Source: a bacterium (lineage in GTDB: Bacteria; SM23-31). Taken from it: DNA of 64,000 bases. A program made the translations under genes and the position numbers. Every line of letters starts with the position of its first letter. The stretch's first letter is position 1. The DNA is taken from NCBI GenBank assembly GCA_965249485.1, contig OZ252239.1, forward strand, positions 1,184,001-1,248,000, written 5' to 3'. Of the stretch, positions 41,254 through 52,789 are shown piece after piece. The notes under the pieces are model-generated. The model saw only the letters and a program-made list of their open reading frames with translations, was not told where the DNA came from and searched no databases.

Positions 41254-42255
41254 ATGTCAAATAAAGATGTCAACATGGGGGGACAAGCCGTTATCGAAGG
41301 TGTGATGATGCGGTCAGAAAAGTACATTTCTGTAGCTGTCCGTAAACCCGATGGAACAATTGCCATCAAAAGGGAAGAGAACCTGCCTTGGGGAAAACGA
41401 TCAAAATTATTCCGGTTCCCTTTTATTCGTGGTGGAATTGTGCTCATCGAATCACTCATTCATGGCACAAAAGCCCTTTCATGGTCTGCAGATGTAGCTG
41501 TAGAGAATGAAAACGACTCGAAAAAATCCCCACTTCAGGAACGGCACCCAATTTTAGCAAAACTTAGTACAATATTTACACTCCTCATAGGATTTTCTCT
41601 CGGTTTATTCCTTTTTTTCTGGCTCCCGCTTGTTTTTACTCAATGGATCGGATTTGAAACTGGATTCGGATTCAATCTGATAGACGGTCTCTTCAGATTG
41701 TTGATGTTTGGTTTCTATCTGGCGGTTATCTCGATGTGGGAAGAAATAAGAAGAATTTTTCAATATCATGGAGCTGAACATAAAAGTATCTATGCACTCG
41801 AAAATGATTGTTCTTTAACGATCGACGGAGCGCGTCCATTTACCACACTGCATCCGCGCTGCGGTACAAGTTTTCTTCTAATCGTAATGGTTGTAAGCAT
41901 TTTTGTGTTCATGTTTTTGGGCAAACCTGAAACCTATGCAGACCGTTTTATCCGGCTCCTTTTTGTGCCGGTTATTGGGGGGATATCATATGAATTTATC
42001 CGCTTATCCGGTAAACTCAGAGATAATAAAATTGCAAAAATATTTATACAACCCGGACTTTGGCTCCAGAAGGTAACAACGCGTGAACCGAGTGATGACC
42101 AGTTGGAAGTCGGTATTATTGCACTCAGAAGCGCTATGGGTGAATCGCTCAATCTTGAGAACATTGTACACTATACGCCAGATGGTCAAGTACGATCACG
42201 GGACACCTCCGGGCTTTCTGCCCTTGACGAGGAACTTACCGTCTCTTCCCAATAA
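41254..42255 (+). CDS. DUF1385 domain membrane protein
   Basis: GGQAVIEGVMM, FQYHGAEHK, HPRCGTSF, PGLWLQKVTTREP; usual rpmE-prfA context. Confidence 0.92.
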   Translation: MSNKDVNMGGQAVIEGVMMRSEKYISVAVRKPDGTIAIKREENLPWGKRSKLFRFPFIRGGIVLIESLIHGTKALSWSADVAVENENDSKKSPLQERHPILAKLSTIFTLLIGFSLGLFLFFWLPLVFTQWIGFETGFGFNLIDGLFRLLMFGFYLAVISMWEEIRRIFQYHGAEHKSIYALENDCSLTIDGARPFTTLHPRCGTSFLLIVMVVSIFVFMFLGKPETYADRFIRLLFVPVIGGISYEFIRLSGKLRDNKIAKIFIQPGLWLQKVTTREPSDDQLEVGIIALRSAMGESLNLENIVHYTPDGQVRSRDTSGLSALDEELTVSSQ

Positions 42256-42777
42256 CAGATTGCTTCTTGCATTATATTTCCGCTTGGCAGATAATTTCCA
42301 AAAATCGACACTATATAGTTATGGAGTTGTCGTGTCTTCAAAATATCCTGGTGACATTGATGACTTATTACCTTAACGTCGAATTGATTTGAGAGAAGGA
42401 TACCAATTCCAACCCCTCTCAAGACGCTTTTCCGATCTGGTCCGGGCGCTTAAATGGAAATGATAAATTGGTTAATAATCAACTAATAATCTATCCGAAT
42501 CTTGTGCATGCACAAAAACTCTCATTTGAACGGAACAGAGCGCTCAATGCCAGATTAAGTTTTAATATGAAAAAAGTGCTCTATTACGAATTGTTTTCTG
42601 TCAAAGAATAGGACATTCAAGAGAAGTACATTGTTGAAAAAATGTGAAAAGGGGCCGGCAGACTGGCTTGATACGTTCATTGAGTGATTTTGACAATGCG
42701 TCTTGAATTCATACCAATAAAATGATATATTAATCGGAAGCATTTGAAATTGCAATATATGACAAAAAGGTACGACA

Positions 42778-43851
42778 GTGTTTGAAAAGCTTCAGGAAAT
42801 CTTAGAACGCTTTAATCAATTGACATTAGAGATGTCATCTCAGGAGATATTTTCTGACCAGAACCGGTACCGGAATGTGAGTAAAGAGCATAGTGATATT
42901 TCCCCAACTGTCGAGGCCTACAATAAATATTTGAAAGTTGTAACGGAGCTCGAAAATGCTGAAACGCTCAACAATGAGTCCTCCGATCCCGAAATGAAAG
43001 AAATGGCACGTGAAGAAATTGAAGTACTCCAACAGCAAAAAGGAGAGCTTGAAGAGTTGCTCCGTACACTGCTTATTCCGAAGGATCCGAATGACAACAA
43101 AAATGCTATTGTCGAAATTCGCGCTGGGACAGGTGGTGATGAAGCAGCGTTGTTTGCAGCTGATCTCTACAGGATGTACAGCCGTTTTATAGAGCAGCAG
43201 CAGTGGAAAACCGAAGACTTATCGGTCAGTCCGAGCGAAGGAGGCGGTTTCAAAGAGATAATCTTCCTAGTAAAAGGCAGCCATGTGTACGGTGAACTGA
43301 AATTTGAAGGTGGTGTGCACCGTGTTCAGCGTGTTCCGACAACTGAGGCATCCGGGCGGATTCACACGTCGGCAGCATCGGTAGCTGTACTTCCCGAAGC
43401 AGAGGATGTTGATATAGAAATCGATCCGAACGATCTGCAGATTGATGTGTTCAGATCGTCCGGACCGGGCGGCCAGAGTGTGAATACAACAGATTCAGCA
43501 GTTCGTATTACCCATATACCGAGCGGTATAGTTGTGACCTGTCAGGATGAAAAATCTCAGCACAAAAATAAAGCAAAAGCGCTAAAAGTGCTCAAATCAC
43601 GCCTGCTCAATCAGAAATTGCAGGAAGAAGCGGAAAAAAAGGCTGGTGTACGACGAATGCAGGTGAGTACGGGAGATCGGAGTGCAAAAATAAGAACCTA
43701 TAACTTTCCTGAAAAACGGGTAACCGATCACCGAATCAATCTGACTCTTTATAAACTCGATACTATCTTGCAGGGTGATCTTAATGAATTGATCGAAAAA
43801 TTGCAGATGGCCGATCAGACCGATAAACTAGTGGGAAATAAAAACACGTAG
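42778..43851 (+). CDS. prfA: Peptide chain release factor 1
   Basis: [21 protein letters not shown] (PxT), [14 protein letters not shown]. Confidence 0.97.
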   Translation: MFEKLQEILERFNQLTLEMSSQEIFSDQNRYRNVSKEHSDISPTVEAYNKYLKVVTELENAETLNNESSDPEMKEMAREEIEVLQQQKGELEELLRTLLIPKDPNDNKNAIVEIRAGTGGDEAALFAADLYRMYSRFIEQQQWKTEDLSVSPSEGGGFKEIIFLVKGSHVYGELKFEGGVHRVQRVPTTEASGRIHTSAASVAVLPEAEDVDIEIDPNDLQIDVFRSSGPGGQSVNTTDSAVRITHIPSGIVVTCQDEKSQHKNKAKALKVLKSRLLNQKLQEEAEKKAGVRRMQVSTGDRSAKIRTYNFPEKRVTDHRINLTLYKLDTILQGDLNELIEKLQMADQTDKLVGNKNT

Positions 43852-44035
43852 TACAATTTCAGAAGGCAACACAAACAAAATTTTTAAGATAATTGTTGAT
43901 ATTGTTTACCATTCCGCTTCCGGAAAAATCAGACAGAAATTATGTCAATTTATTGATCACGTATCTAGAAATTCATTTAAAGACATTTCTCACAACCTGT
44001 CTACATAATAAATAAATTCACACTATGCTCCCACA

Positions 44036-44893
44036 ATGAACATACGAGAACTTCTCGCGACAACTGCACACTATTTTAAAGAGAACGGTATCAGCAATCC
44101 TAAAACGTCGAGCGAGTTATTACTGGCCCATGTACTCTGTGTCACAAGAAAGGATCTTTATCTCGATTTTGAGAACAGTGTTCCAAATGAGAAGAAAAGA
44201 GAGTTTCTCCAACTCTGTGACCGGCGGAAAAACGGGGAACCGATTCAGTATATTCTGGGTGATACAGAGTTTATGTCACTTCCATTTCAGGTCAATGAGC
44301 ATGTGCTCATTCCACGACATGAGACCGAGCTTCTTGTTGAAAAGGTAATGTTGTACAGCTCTGCCCATGGTAATGGTGGAACTGTTCAAATACTTGAAAT
44401 CGGTACCGGTTCCGGTAATATTGCTATCAGCCTTGCTCACTATATTGCTGGCGCACATATCACTGCTTTAGAAGTCAACCGGGAAGCGCTTAAGATTGCA
44501 CGGGAAAATGCTGCACGAAATGGGGTGGACAAAAAAATAACGTTTGCCGCACAGAATATATTCGATGCGAAAGCCGCCGATTTTTCTGATAAAGATGTGG
44601 TTGTTTCTAATCCGCCCTATATTCATGAGAATGATCACGATTGCCTCGAAAAAGAAGTAGTCGACTATCAACCCCATGAAGCGCTTTTTGCTGGCAGAAA
44701 CAATCTGATATTTTATGAGACAATTACCAATCTTGCAATGACGTGGCTAAAACAAGGAGGATTGCTCGCATTCGAAACAGGACACGATACCGGCACAGCA
44801 GTTAGAAAAATCGTAGAAAATTCCAGCTTTCACACTGTGAAACTTTCGCAGGATTATGCCGGACATGATCGTATTGTAACCGGTATTCGGTAA
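44036..44893 (+). CDS. prmC: Release factor glutamine methyltransferase
   Basis: GEPIQYILG, LIPRHETE, EIGTGSG, SNPPY; follows prfA. Confidence 0.95.
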   Translation: MNIRELLATTAHYFKENGISNPKTSSELLLAHVLCVTRKDLYLDFENSVPNEKKREFLQLCDRRKNGEPIQYILGDTEFMSLPFQVNEHVLIPRHETELLVEKVMLYSSAHGNGGTVQILEIGTGSGNIAISLAHYIAGAHITALEVNREALKIARENAARNGVDKKITFAAQNIFDAKAADFSDKDVVVSNPPYIHENDHDCLEKEVVDYQPHEALFAGRNNLIFYETITNLAMTWLKQGGLLAFETGHDTGTAVRKIVENSSFHTVKLSQDYAGHDRIVTGIR

Positions 44894-44975
44894 CATTTCT
44901 GATAGAGTAATTAGATACAAAATTAATATAGAACACACTACATTTAAATTAAATTGAAAGACTGAAGAAATTATA

Positions 44976-47081
44976 ATGAATGATCTTGAACAAAAACTTC
45001 GCAGCTTTTTTCAGAAGCATGCTACTACTTCATTTCGTCTGCCGGACATTATGTCGGCTCTCCGAATAAATGAAAAGAATAAACAAACAGTTAAAAGAGA
45101 ATTACGCCATCTTGTCAACAACAAAGAAATCAGAAAGGATAAAGGGAAACGGTACGTATCGGTTGTCCGGTCTCACATCCGGTCTGGCACATTCGAATCG
45201 GGAAAATTCGGTTCCGGATTCGTCAGGGCCGACCATGAAGATATCTATATACCTCCTGGATATTCCAGCACTGCCCTGCCGGGTGATTTAGTCAAAGCTG
45301 AAATTTCGGCACGCTTAACCGGCAAAAATCCGGAAGCACGTATTTTTCAGGTATTGAAACGGGCACGACATGAATTTGTCGGAGAATTCAAAAAAACTCC
45401 CGGTGGTGATTCTGTTATCCCCGATTCCGAATTTCTCAAACGGCAGATTTCTATTCCGCCTAATAAAACAAAAAAAGCCTGTGAAGGACACCGGGTGCTT
45501 GTCAAAATATTAACATGGAACAATGAATATGAAAATCCTGTTGGTGAAATTTCCGAGATAATCGGTTTTCCGGGTGAAATGGGTGTTGATGTTCTTTCCA
45601 TTGCGGTCGCCGCAGGTATTTCGATCAAATTTCCTCCAAAGGTGCTCAGGGAAGCACAAGACTTAAAGCGGCTTGAAGGCAATGCCCTCGAACATGGCAG
45701 GAAAGACTTTCGGAACGAGGAGATTTTCACCATTGATCCGGTAAGTGCAAAAGATTTTGATGATGCCGTATCACTCACCATTCTGTCCGATGGTAACTAC
45801 CGTCTTGATGTCTATATTGCTGATGTCTCGGCCTATGTTCATGAAGGGTCTGCACTGGACCGTGAAGCTGCCAAACGGAGTTTGAGTGTCTATTTGATCA
45901 ACAAAGTTATTCCAATGCTTCCTGAAAAGCTGTCGGAGGACTTTTGCAGTCTCAGACAGGGTGAGGACCGTCCGGTATTCTGCATTAGAATGACCTGTAC
46001 CCCTGACGGTGATGTCATCGACTATGAAATTTGCGAGGGTATTATCCGAAGCGCATCCAGACTCACGTATGAAGAGGCACAAAATATTTTAGACGGCAAA
46101 CTCAAAAGCCCTCTGAGTGCAACACTCAAGACGATGAATTTATTTGCTAAAACACTCCGTGAAAAACGGTTTAAAAGCGGCGGACTCGAATTTTATTTCC
46201 CGGAAGTCGATTTTAAACTCAATGAAAACGGGCTACCGACCGCAATTGATGTAAAGCAGATTCACGATTCGAACAATTTGATAGAAGAATTCATGCTGCT
46301 TGCAAACAGTATCACCGCGCAGCACAAAGTGAAACTTGAACAACGTTGTCAGATGAGTCTTCCTTATATCTACAGAGTGCACGAAACACCCGACCAGGAC
46401 AATGTCCGGGAGTTTCATACACTTGCCAGGTCACTCGGATGTACAAAAATCAAAGGAACACCGGGATCGTCGTTCTGGTTTCAGTCTATTCTAAATTATT
46501 TCAGCGATAAGCCTGAAAAAATATTTATTGAAGAAATAGCGCTCCGCAGCATGATGAAAGCACAGTACCAGACACACAATATGGGGCATTTTGGACTCGG
46601 GTTTCAGGCATATACTCACTTTACGTCCCCGATCAGGCGGTACCCCGATCTGATCCTCCACAGACTGATTAAACACTACACAAACCAGCTGCGGACAGTA
46701 GATGTCACGCCGTTTAAGCGGAAACTTTCGCAAATATGCAGCCACACAACCGAGATGGAAATCCGCGCAGTCAAAGCAGAGCGGGAAGTTGTGAAACTGA
46801 AGAAGCTCGAATTTATGCAGGATAAACTGGGGGATGTATTTCACGGCGTTATTAGCGGTGTTACTTCGTTCGGTCTCTTTGTTGAACTTGAAGAAATTCT
46901 CGTCGAGGGCCTTGTCCATGTCAGAGACATTGGTGATGATTTCTACCGGTATGAAGAAGACAAATACCGCCTTGTAGGTGAACACAAAGGGATTGTATAC
47001 AAGCTTGGTGACAAGGTAACCATTCAGATTATTAAAGTAAATGTCGATCTCCGCCACCTCGATTTTGTTATTGTAGAATAA
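44976..47081 (+). CDS. rnr: Ribonuclease R
   Basis: TIDP.SAKDFDDA, IEEFMLLAN, YTHFTSPIRRYPDL, C-terminal S1 domain. Confidence 0.95.
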   Translation: MNDLEQKLRSFFQKHATTSFRLPDIMSALRINEKNKQTVKRELRHLVNNKEIRKDKGKRYVSVVRSHIRSGTFESGKFGSGFVRADHEDIYIPPGYSSTALPGDLVKAEISARLTGKNPEARIFQVLKRARHEFVGEFKKTPGGDSVIPDSEFLKRQISIPPNKTKKACEGHRVLVKILTWNNEYENPVGEISEIIGFPGEMGVDVLSIAVAAGISIKFPPKVLREAQDLKRLEGNALEHGRKDFRNEEIFTIDPVSAKDFDDAVSLTILSDGNYRLDVYIADVSAYVHEGSALDREAAKRSLSVYLINKVIPMLPEKLSEDFCSLRQGEDRPVFCIRMTCTPDGDVIDYEICEGIIRSASRLTYEEAQNILDGKLKSPLSATLKTMNLFAKTLREKRFKSGGLEFYFPEVDFKLNENGLPTAIDVKQIHDSNNLIEEFMLLANSITAQHKVKLEQRCQMSLPYIYRVHETPDQDNVREFHTLARSLGCTKIKGTPGSSFWFQSILNYFSDKPEKIFIEEIALRSMMKAQYQTHNMGHFGLGFQAYTHFTSPIRRYPDLILHRLIKHYTNQLRTVDVTPFKRKLSQICSHTTEMEIRAVKAEREVVKLKKLEFMQDKLGDVFHGVISGVTSFGLFVELEEILVEGLVHVRDIGDDFYRYEEDKYRLVGEHKGIVYKLGDKVTIQIIKVNVDLRHLDFVIVE

Positions 47082-47396
47082 TAATAGCAGCAAAGAAATT
47101 TGCTGACAGTTTCAATTGTCAGTCTGCAATTCCGGTTGTTTTAGGGAAACAATTCATGTAACTTTACGAGAAATGATCAGCATTGGTATTGGAGTCGACT
47201 TTCAGTGAACAAAAAACAATATAGATCGCAGGATAAGCTGGTATAACATTGGATGCACACTGATAATCATAATTGTCATTGCTGATACTCTTATCTACAC
47301 TATTGAGTTTTCTGTCATTTCGACCAGAGCTCTGATTATTAAAATTGGAGTGAAGCGGAGAAATATCAACCGTAATTAATAAATTAAATAATTTCA

Positions 47397-48407
47397 ATGT
47401 ATATATTCGACTTCAGACAAATAAAGGTATTCAACTTCACGCGGCTCTGGAATAGCATCAAGCTGCTGACTTCGTTTTATATGTCGAAGTATACAAAAAA
47501 ACTTTGGATAGCAGGGTATCCGCCTGTTCTGTCGATCGAACCAACGAGCATCTGCAATCTGAAATGCCCCCAGTGTCCTACCGGTATGGGGATTCTCAAA
47601 CGGCCTGCAGGATATCTCGATATGGATCTCTATCGTTCAATCATCGATCAACTTGGCAGCACAGCAACGACAGTCCAGCTCTTTTTTCAGGGTGAACCCT
47701 TCCTGCATAAGCAGCTTCCGGAAATGATCAGCTATGCGAAGTCGAAAAAACTTTACACTGTGACAAGCACTAACGGCCATTTTCTTGACCAGGCCACCGT
47801 TGATGCGGTTGTGCAAGCTGAACTCGACACCCTTGTGATCGGGCTTGACGGCATATCGCCCGAAGTGTATAAATTTTACCGGCGTAACGGCAATTTTGAT
47901 ACGGCAGTCAAAGGGATCGAACGGCTGATTGCAGAGAGAAATAATGCCGGTAAGAAACACCCAAAAATCTGCCTGCAGTTTATTGTATTCAAGAGTAACG
48001 AGGACCAGATTGAAGATGTTAAGCGGTTTGGAAAAGAACTTGGTGTGGATAAAGTGATGATTAAAACGGGTCAGATTTATGCCGGCACCGATATTAATGA
48101 CTACTTGCCTTCAAATCCCCGCTACACACGATATGTCAACGATAATGGAACCATCCGTCTGAAAAATTCCGCACCCAATTTTTGCAAGCGGGTCTGGACA
48201 AATGCGGTGTTTACATGGGACGGCACCCTGGCGTCGTGCTGCTTCGACAAGGATGCTGAAAATGCATTCGGGACATGGAACGGAAAATCATTCAATGACA
48301 TGTGGCGGAGTAAACAGAGTAGGGAGTTTCGCAAACAGATCCTGAAAAACCGGAGCGCGATTCCGATGTGCAGCAATTGCACCGAAGGGATAAAAGAGTG
48401 GTTGTAG
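47397..48407 (+). CDS. Radical SAM protein with SPASM/Twitch domain
   Basis: CNLKCPQC, FQGEPFLH, STNG; C-terminal CKRVW...CCFD...CSNC. Confidence 0.92.
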   Translation: MYIFDFRQIKVFNFTRLWNSIKLLTSFYMSKYTKKLWIAGYPPVLSIEPTSICNLKCPQCPTGMGILKRPAGYLDMDLYRSIIDQLGSTATTVQLFFQGEPFLHKQLPEMISYAKSKKLYTVTSTNGHFLDQATVDAVVQAELDTLVIGLDGISPEVYKFYRRNGNFDTAVKGIERLIAERNNAGKKHPKICLQFIVFKSNEDQIEDVKRFGKELGVDKVMIKTGQIYAGTDINDYLPSNPRYTRYVNDNGTIRLKNSAPNFCKRVWTNAVFTWDGTLASCCFDKDAENAFGTWNGKSFNDMWRSKQSREFRKQILKNRSAIPMCSNCTEGIKEWL

Positions 48408-48505
48408 TGTAATCGTTATACGCCGAACAATTCCATTCGACAAACTTTCTGAAAGACACACAAGATCATTCAAATAACGTATCTAACCTGAGTAACTGAT
48501 CAACA

Positions 48506-49624
48506 ATGATACCATTTGATTTCTTTCTTATTACCGTCACAATCTTTTATTGCGGGATTGGAATTGCTCTGAATTTTGCTCTGTCGAAAAATCCTAATAT
48601 CAGAGTAAACTACGAACCAAATGTGACGGTTATTGTTCCGGCGCGGAACGAAGAAACCAACATTGAACGATGCCTCCGGTCGCTTACAACCCAAAATTAT
48701 CCTACAGAAAAACTACAGATCATCGTCGTCGATGACAACTCTGAAGACAAAACTTCATCGATTGTTCAATTGTTGAGCAGAGAATTTCACAACTGTACAC
48801 TTCTCTCACTATCTAATGATTCACAGCTCGGATTTGGAAAAATCGCTGCGCTTGCACATGGCTTTCAACACGCAACAGGGGAAATCGTTTTTCAGACAGA
48901 TGCCGATTGTGTCGTGTCGGAAAAATGGATAAAAAGTGTACTTTCTTCCTTTCACGACGATGTCGGAATAGTTGGTGGGATGACACTGTTAGAACCATTT
49001 TCAGAAAAAAGTTCTTGTTTTACCAGAATTCAAACATTAGATTGGATGTACTTGCTTGGAGTTGGTGCGGGCGCTAACGCCCTGGGCATTCCGCTGAGCT
49101 GCTTTGGCAACAACCTGGCACTGCGGCGTAAAGCGTATGATGCTGCCGGCGGATATGAAGCTATTCCTTTTACCTTCACTGAAGATTTTGCTATTTTTCG
49201 TGCAGTTGCCCGTGCCGGCTGGAAGACCGAATTTACCCTTACTGAATCTTCACTTGTTTATAGTCGGCCTCCACACACAATCAGTGCATTCATCAATCAG
49301 CGGCTCAGATGGGCCGTAGGCGGAATTAAACTTGCTGGCAAAGGAGTCGTTCTGCTTATGGCTGCATTTGTTTTCCATTGTGCAGTGATAAGTGCCGCCG
49401 GTCTGAAAAGTAATGGTGTGGTTCTGTTTTCTTCAATTGCTGCCGCTCTTTGGGTTGATTTCATGTTTTTAAGGACACTTGCACAACGTGTCCGGAAATC
49501 GTCTGTGCTGCGGATTTTCCCGCTCTTTGAATTGTACTACTTTTTGTATACAACAGTTTTCGGTATTGCTTTACCATTTGCATTGAAATTAAAGTGGAAA
49601 AACAGATCGTATAAAAGTATCTGA
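48506..49624 (+). CDS. GT2 family membrane glycosyltransferase
   Basis: VPARNEE, DDNSED, TDADC, TED, QRLRW; TM helices. Confidence 0.92.
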   Translation: MIPFDFFLITVTIFYCGIGIALNFALSKNPNIRVNYEPNVTVIVPARNEETNIERCLRSLTTQNYPTEKLQIIVVDDNSEDKTSSIVQLLSREFHNCTLLSLSNDSQLGFGKIAALAHGFQHATGEIVFQTDADCVVSEKWIKSVLSSFHDDVGIVGGMTLLEPFSEKSSCFTRIQTLDWMYLLGVGAGANALGIPLSCFGNNLALRRKAYDAAGGYEAIPFTFTEDFAIFRAVARAGWKTEFTLTESSLVYSRPPHTISAFINQRLRWAVGGIKLAGKGVVLLMAAFVFHCAVISAAGLKSNGVVLFSSIAAALWVDFMFLRTLAQRVRKSSVLRIFPLFELYYFLYTTVFGIALPFALKLKWKNRSYKSI

Positions 49625-49681
49625 CAGATAACGTATCTGATTTTGTTGTTTCATTTTTGATATTACATAACAGTATATACA

Positions 49682-51241
49682 ATGATATCCTTATTCAATA
49701 ATATTGCCGCAAATATCATGAACGCCGGATTTGAAGTCGTTATCGATGCTCCATACCGGATAGAACCGGGCATGTCGATTCCCCTTATATGCTTGGTAAA
49801 AGAGAAGAAAAACAAATCGTTCACGATTGAGTCGATCAAAGTCAATATAATGCAAAAGGGGCAGACTATCCGTGTTGCTTCAGCGCTGCGTTCACCGGTC
49901 GATGTGCACGATTCAAAATGGCACAAAGTGATTCGGGTGCCGCTTCACGATTCCATGCAGGGGAAGTTTGAATTAGATACGATTGTCACCATCAGCAGAG
50001 ATGGGAAAAGTAGAAAAATCCGCTCACATCCGTATAGCGGAACTAGCAGTGAAACGCTGAAAATATTCCGTGCTGTTGATTCGCTGCCAAAGTTTGCAGA
50101 TTACTATTTCGGGGATATGCATTATCACTGTCTCAGTGAAAGCAAATCCGAAAGTATAAGTGCTCCGTTGATGTTTTCAACTCAAGTTGCTAAAGCCCTC
50201 GGACTTCAATTCTTTGCAGCTACCGATCATTCACATGTTTTGGAAGATAGGGACAGCTCGTCCCTCAGCGACAGTTCGGGTAAATGGGACAAATTTCAGG
50301 AAAAAGTAGATTCTATCAATAGCAAGAATGAAGATATGGTAATTCTTCCTGGTGAAGAAATAAAATGTAAAAACCACCGTGGGAGAGATGTCGACTTGAT
50401 TATTGTAAACTATCCTGAGTTCATTCGGGGATCGCAGGGAAATTCAGTTCCGGCAAAGGTCCATGAATCAAACTTGAAAGAGCTGCTATTACGTGTGGGA
50501 TCCGCAGCGGTTACATTTGCAGTCCATCCGATGAAGCAGACTTCCTTCTACGAAAAACTCTTTTACCGGAGAGGGCGGTGGAGTAAGTTTGATCTGACAT
50601 TGGCAGGATTGACGGGGATGCAGGTATATGACGGCATGAACGAATATTTTCTCGACAGGGGACTCAAACACTGGGTCGAACTGCTGCTCAAGGGGGAGAG
50701 AAAATTTATTGTAGCGGGCAGTGATTCTTATGCCGATTTCGGAGAACAGATAAAATCGCAGTCACCATTCAAAAAATCGCATACAAAATCCCTTCAGGAA
50801 TTCGGCAGGGCGCGGACTGGTCTTTTCTGTACACAGCCGATTACGAAGGAAAAAATCGTGCAAAGCCTGAAAGAGGGAAAATCGGTCATTTCCACCGGTC
50901 CATTAATGGATTTTAGCGTTCGAAACCACATTGGGGAACGGGTACTGGTCGGTGGAAAAATAGAGGGGCGGACCTTTACCGTCAAGTTCAGGGGGGTTTC
51001 TTCCGCTGAATACGGTCCGATTACCGATATAAAGCTTTATCTCGGTGAAATTCGGCGTGAACGTGAGGAACAAATTTTTTCTGTTAAGCTGACAAAAAAT
51101 CGGTATAACTATCAAGGTGAGTTTCAAATAGAAGCCCGGGGGAAAGTCAATTATATCCGTGGTGAACTGATTTCCGGTGATGTCGGACACTCGCTTTTCT
51201 GCATTACAAATCCAATCTGGATTAAATCACTAAAACGGTGA
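49682..51241 (+). CDS. PHP-domain (CehA/McbA-like) protein, some metal ligands degenerate
   Basis: GDMHYH, ATDHS, PGEE, AVHP, AGSDSY, GKSVISTGP, C-terminal TNPIW. Confidence 0.75.
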   Translation: MISLFNNIAANIMNAGFEVVIDAPYRIEPGMSIPLICLVKEKKNKSFTIESIKVNIMQKGQTIRVASALRSPVDVHDSKWHKVIRVPLHDSMQGKFELDTIVTISRDGKSRKIRSHPYSGTSSETLKIFRAVDSLPKFADYYFGDMHYHCLSESKSESISAPLMFSTQVAKALGLQFFAATDHSHVLEDRDSSSLSDSSGKWDKFQEKVDSINSKNEDMVILPGEEIKCKNHRGRDVDLIIVNYPEFIRGSQGNSVPAKVHESNLKELLLRVGSAAVTFAVHPMKQTSFYEKLFYRRGRWSKFDLTLAGLTGMQVYDGMNEYFLDRGLKHWVELLLKGERKFIVAGSDSYADFGEQIKSQSPFKKSHTKSLQEFGRARTGLFCTQPITKEKIVQSLKEGKSVISTGPLMDFSVRNHIGERVLVGGKIEGRTFTVKFRGVSSAEYGPITDIKLYLGEIRREREEQIFSVKLTKNRYNYQGEFQIEARGKVNYIRGELISGDVGHSLFCITNPIWIKSLKR

Positions 51242-51253
51242 GCTGTTTTCCCC

Positions 51254-52426
51254 ATGCACCTCTTCATTGTTTACACAATACTTACTATTACCATATTATA
51301 CAGCCTATTTGTCATCTCACTGATGATCGGTTTACGCCGCCTCTCATCCGGTACTAATACTACACAGTATTCCGTTTCAATCGTTGTTGCCGCAAGGAAT
51401 GAAGAACAATCACTGCCTACCTGTATCGAAGCGCTATTGGCGCAGGACTACCAGTCTGAAAAGCTGGAAATTATAATCGTTAACGACCGGTCTGAAGACA
51501 GAACCGGAGACATCTTAGAACAGTATGTAGTGCAAAATCCCAATCTCAAACATCTTGCCATTCAGTCAGTTCCTGGGCACTATGCACCAAAAAAATATGC
51601 TCTCTCTAAAGGGATCGAAGCAGCATTGGGAGAAATAATCTGTACAACCGATGCCGATTGTGTTCCGCCACCAACATGGGTATCTGAAATTATATCTCAT
51701 TTTACCGGTGACACCGGGTTTGTCGCAGGTTTCTCGCCAGTGTACCCCACTCAAAGAAACGAACAAATCGATGATCAAAACAATGTACGTTTCAGATTTT
51801 TCAAACGGTGGTACGTAAAATTAGCTGCCGATTTCATGAATATGGACTCGATCGGACTTGCAGTAGCGTCTGCCGGGGGGATTGCTCTCGGCATACCGTG
51901 GACCTGTGCGGGCCGGAATCTTGCCTACAGAAAAGAGGCTTTTCAAGAGGTTGGAGGTTTTGAGAATGTGAAACATATTCTCTCAGGTGACGACGATCTT
52001 CTGATGTTTCTCATTCATTACAAATCCAAATGGAAACTCCGTTATGCGGTGGATAAGCGTGCCGCCGTTCCTACGTTTGATAATACAGAACCCCGAATAA
52101 TAGCACAGCAGCGGGCACGCCACGCGTCGAAATTTTTCAATCACCCGTTCCGTGTCAAAACCGCATCTATAGTGATTTTTTCGTTTTACTGTCTGTTTAT
52201 ACTTTCACCGTTGTTGGTATTCATTTCATGGCAGGGGATGCTCCTATTTGGACTGATAACAGGCGTGAAATTGCTGTTAGAATATTATTCTATTCGGAAA
52301 GGTGCCCGACTCTTTCAGACACATTTTTCATATCTGGCATTTCTGAAAGCCTACCTCATACATCCGCCCGTCACTGTCTTTTCCTCACTCTTTGGCTCAA
52401 CCGGCACCTTTTCCTGGAAAAGGTGA
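51254..52426 (+). CDS. GT2 family membrane glycosyltransferase
   Basis: VAARNEE, NDRSED, KKYAL, TDADC, SGDDD, QRARH (QxxRW variant). Confidence 0.92.
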   Translation: MHLFIVYTILTITILYSLFVISLMIGLRRLSSGTNTTQYSVSIVVAARNEEQSLPTCIEALLAQDYQSEKLEIIIVNDRSEDRTGDILEQYVVQNPNLKHLAIQSVPGHYAPKKYALSKGIEAALGEIICTTDADCVPPPTWVSEIISHFTGDTGFVAGFSPVYPTQRNEQIDDQNNVRFRFFKRWYVKLAADFMNMDSIGLAVASAGGIALGIPWTCAGRNLAYRKEAFQEVGGFENVKHILSGDDDLLMFLIHYKSKWKLRYAVDKRAAVPTFDNTEPRIIAQQRARHASKFFNHPFRVKTASIVIFSFYCLFILSPLLVFISWQGMLLFGLITGVKLLLEYYSIRKGARLFQTHFSYLAFLKAYLIHPPVTVFSSLFGSTGTFSWKR

Positions 52427-52636
52427 GATTGAATTTTCCATAAGTGTTTGTTTGAATTTATTTCTACAATTACATTTAGAAAACACTATAAAAATGCAAT
52501 AATACAATTATTTTTTCTAACTGTAGTACAAAATTATGGGATTTTGACATAATAAAAAGCAGCCTCATATTTCCGCTTGAAAACAATAAAGCAGAACCAC
52601 TAATTAAAGAAGTTCTGCCTATGAACGTAAAGGGTC

Positions 52637-52664
52637 GACCGTATGTGACGTTTTGAGAACCTTT
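52637..52664. repeat. 28-bp direct repeat, copy 1
   Basis: gaccgtatgtgacgttttgagaaccttt; 26/28 identical to 53385-53412. Confidence 0.88.
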
Positions 52665-52789
52665 GAGGTAGATATAAATTGCAGTATATTAATGGTTTCG
52701 TTGGCTAATTTGTTATTTTTGCCATCTTAAATACTTCTTTACTCAGGTTTCTCAATAGGAGTTATCACCTTTAATCTCATCTATATAAT

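Noticed and set aside
42256..42777. 520-bp gap before prfA with a ttgagag..ctctcaa hairpin and short ORFs; possible ncRNA
   Set aside because: I could not match it to any RNA family or protein remnant; an Rfam/BLASTx search would be needed.
47101..47130. Hairpin after rnr (ctgacag..ttgtcag) as an intrinsic terminator
   Set aside because: The stem is imperfect and lacks an adjacent U-tract, so support is too weak.
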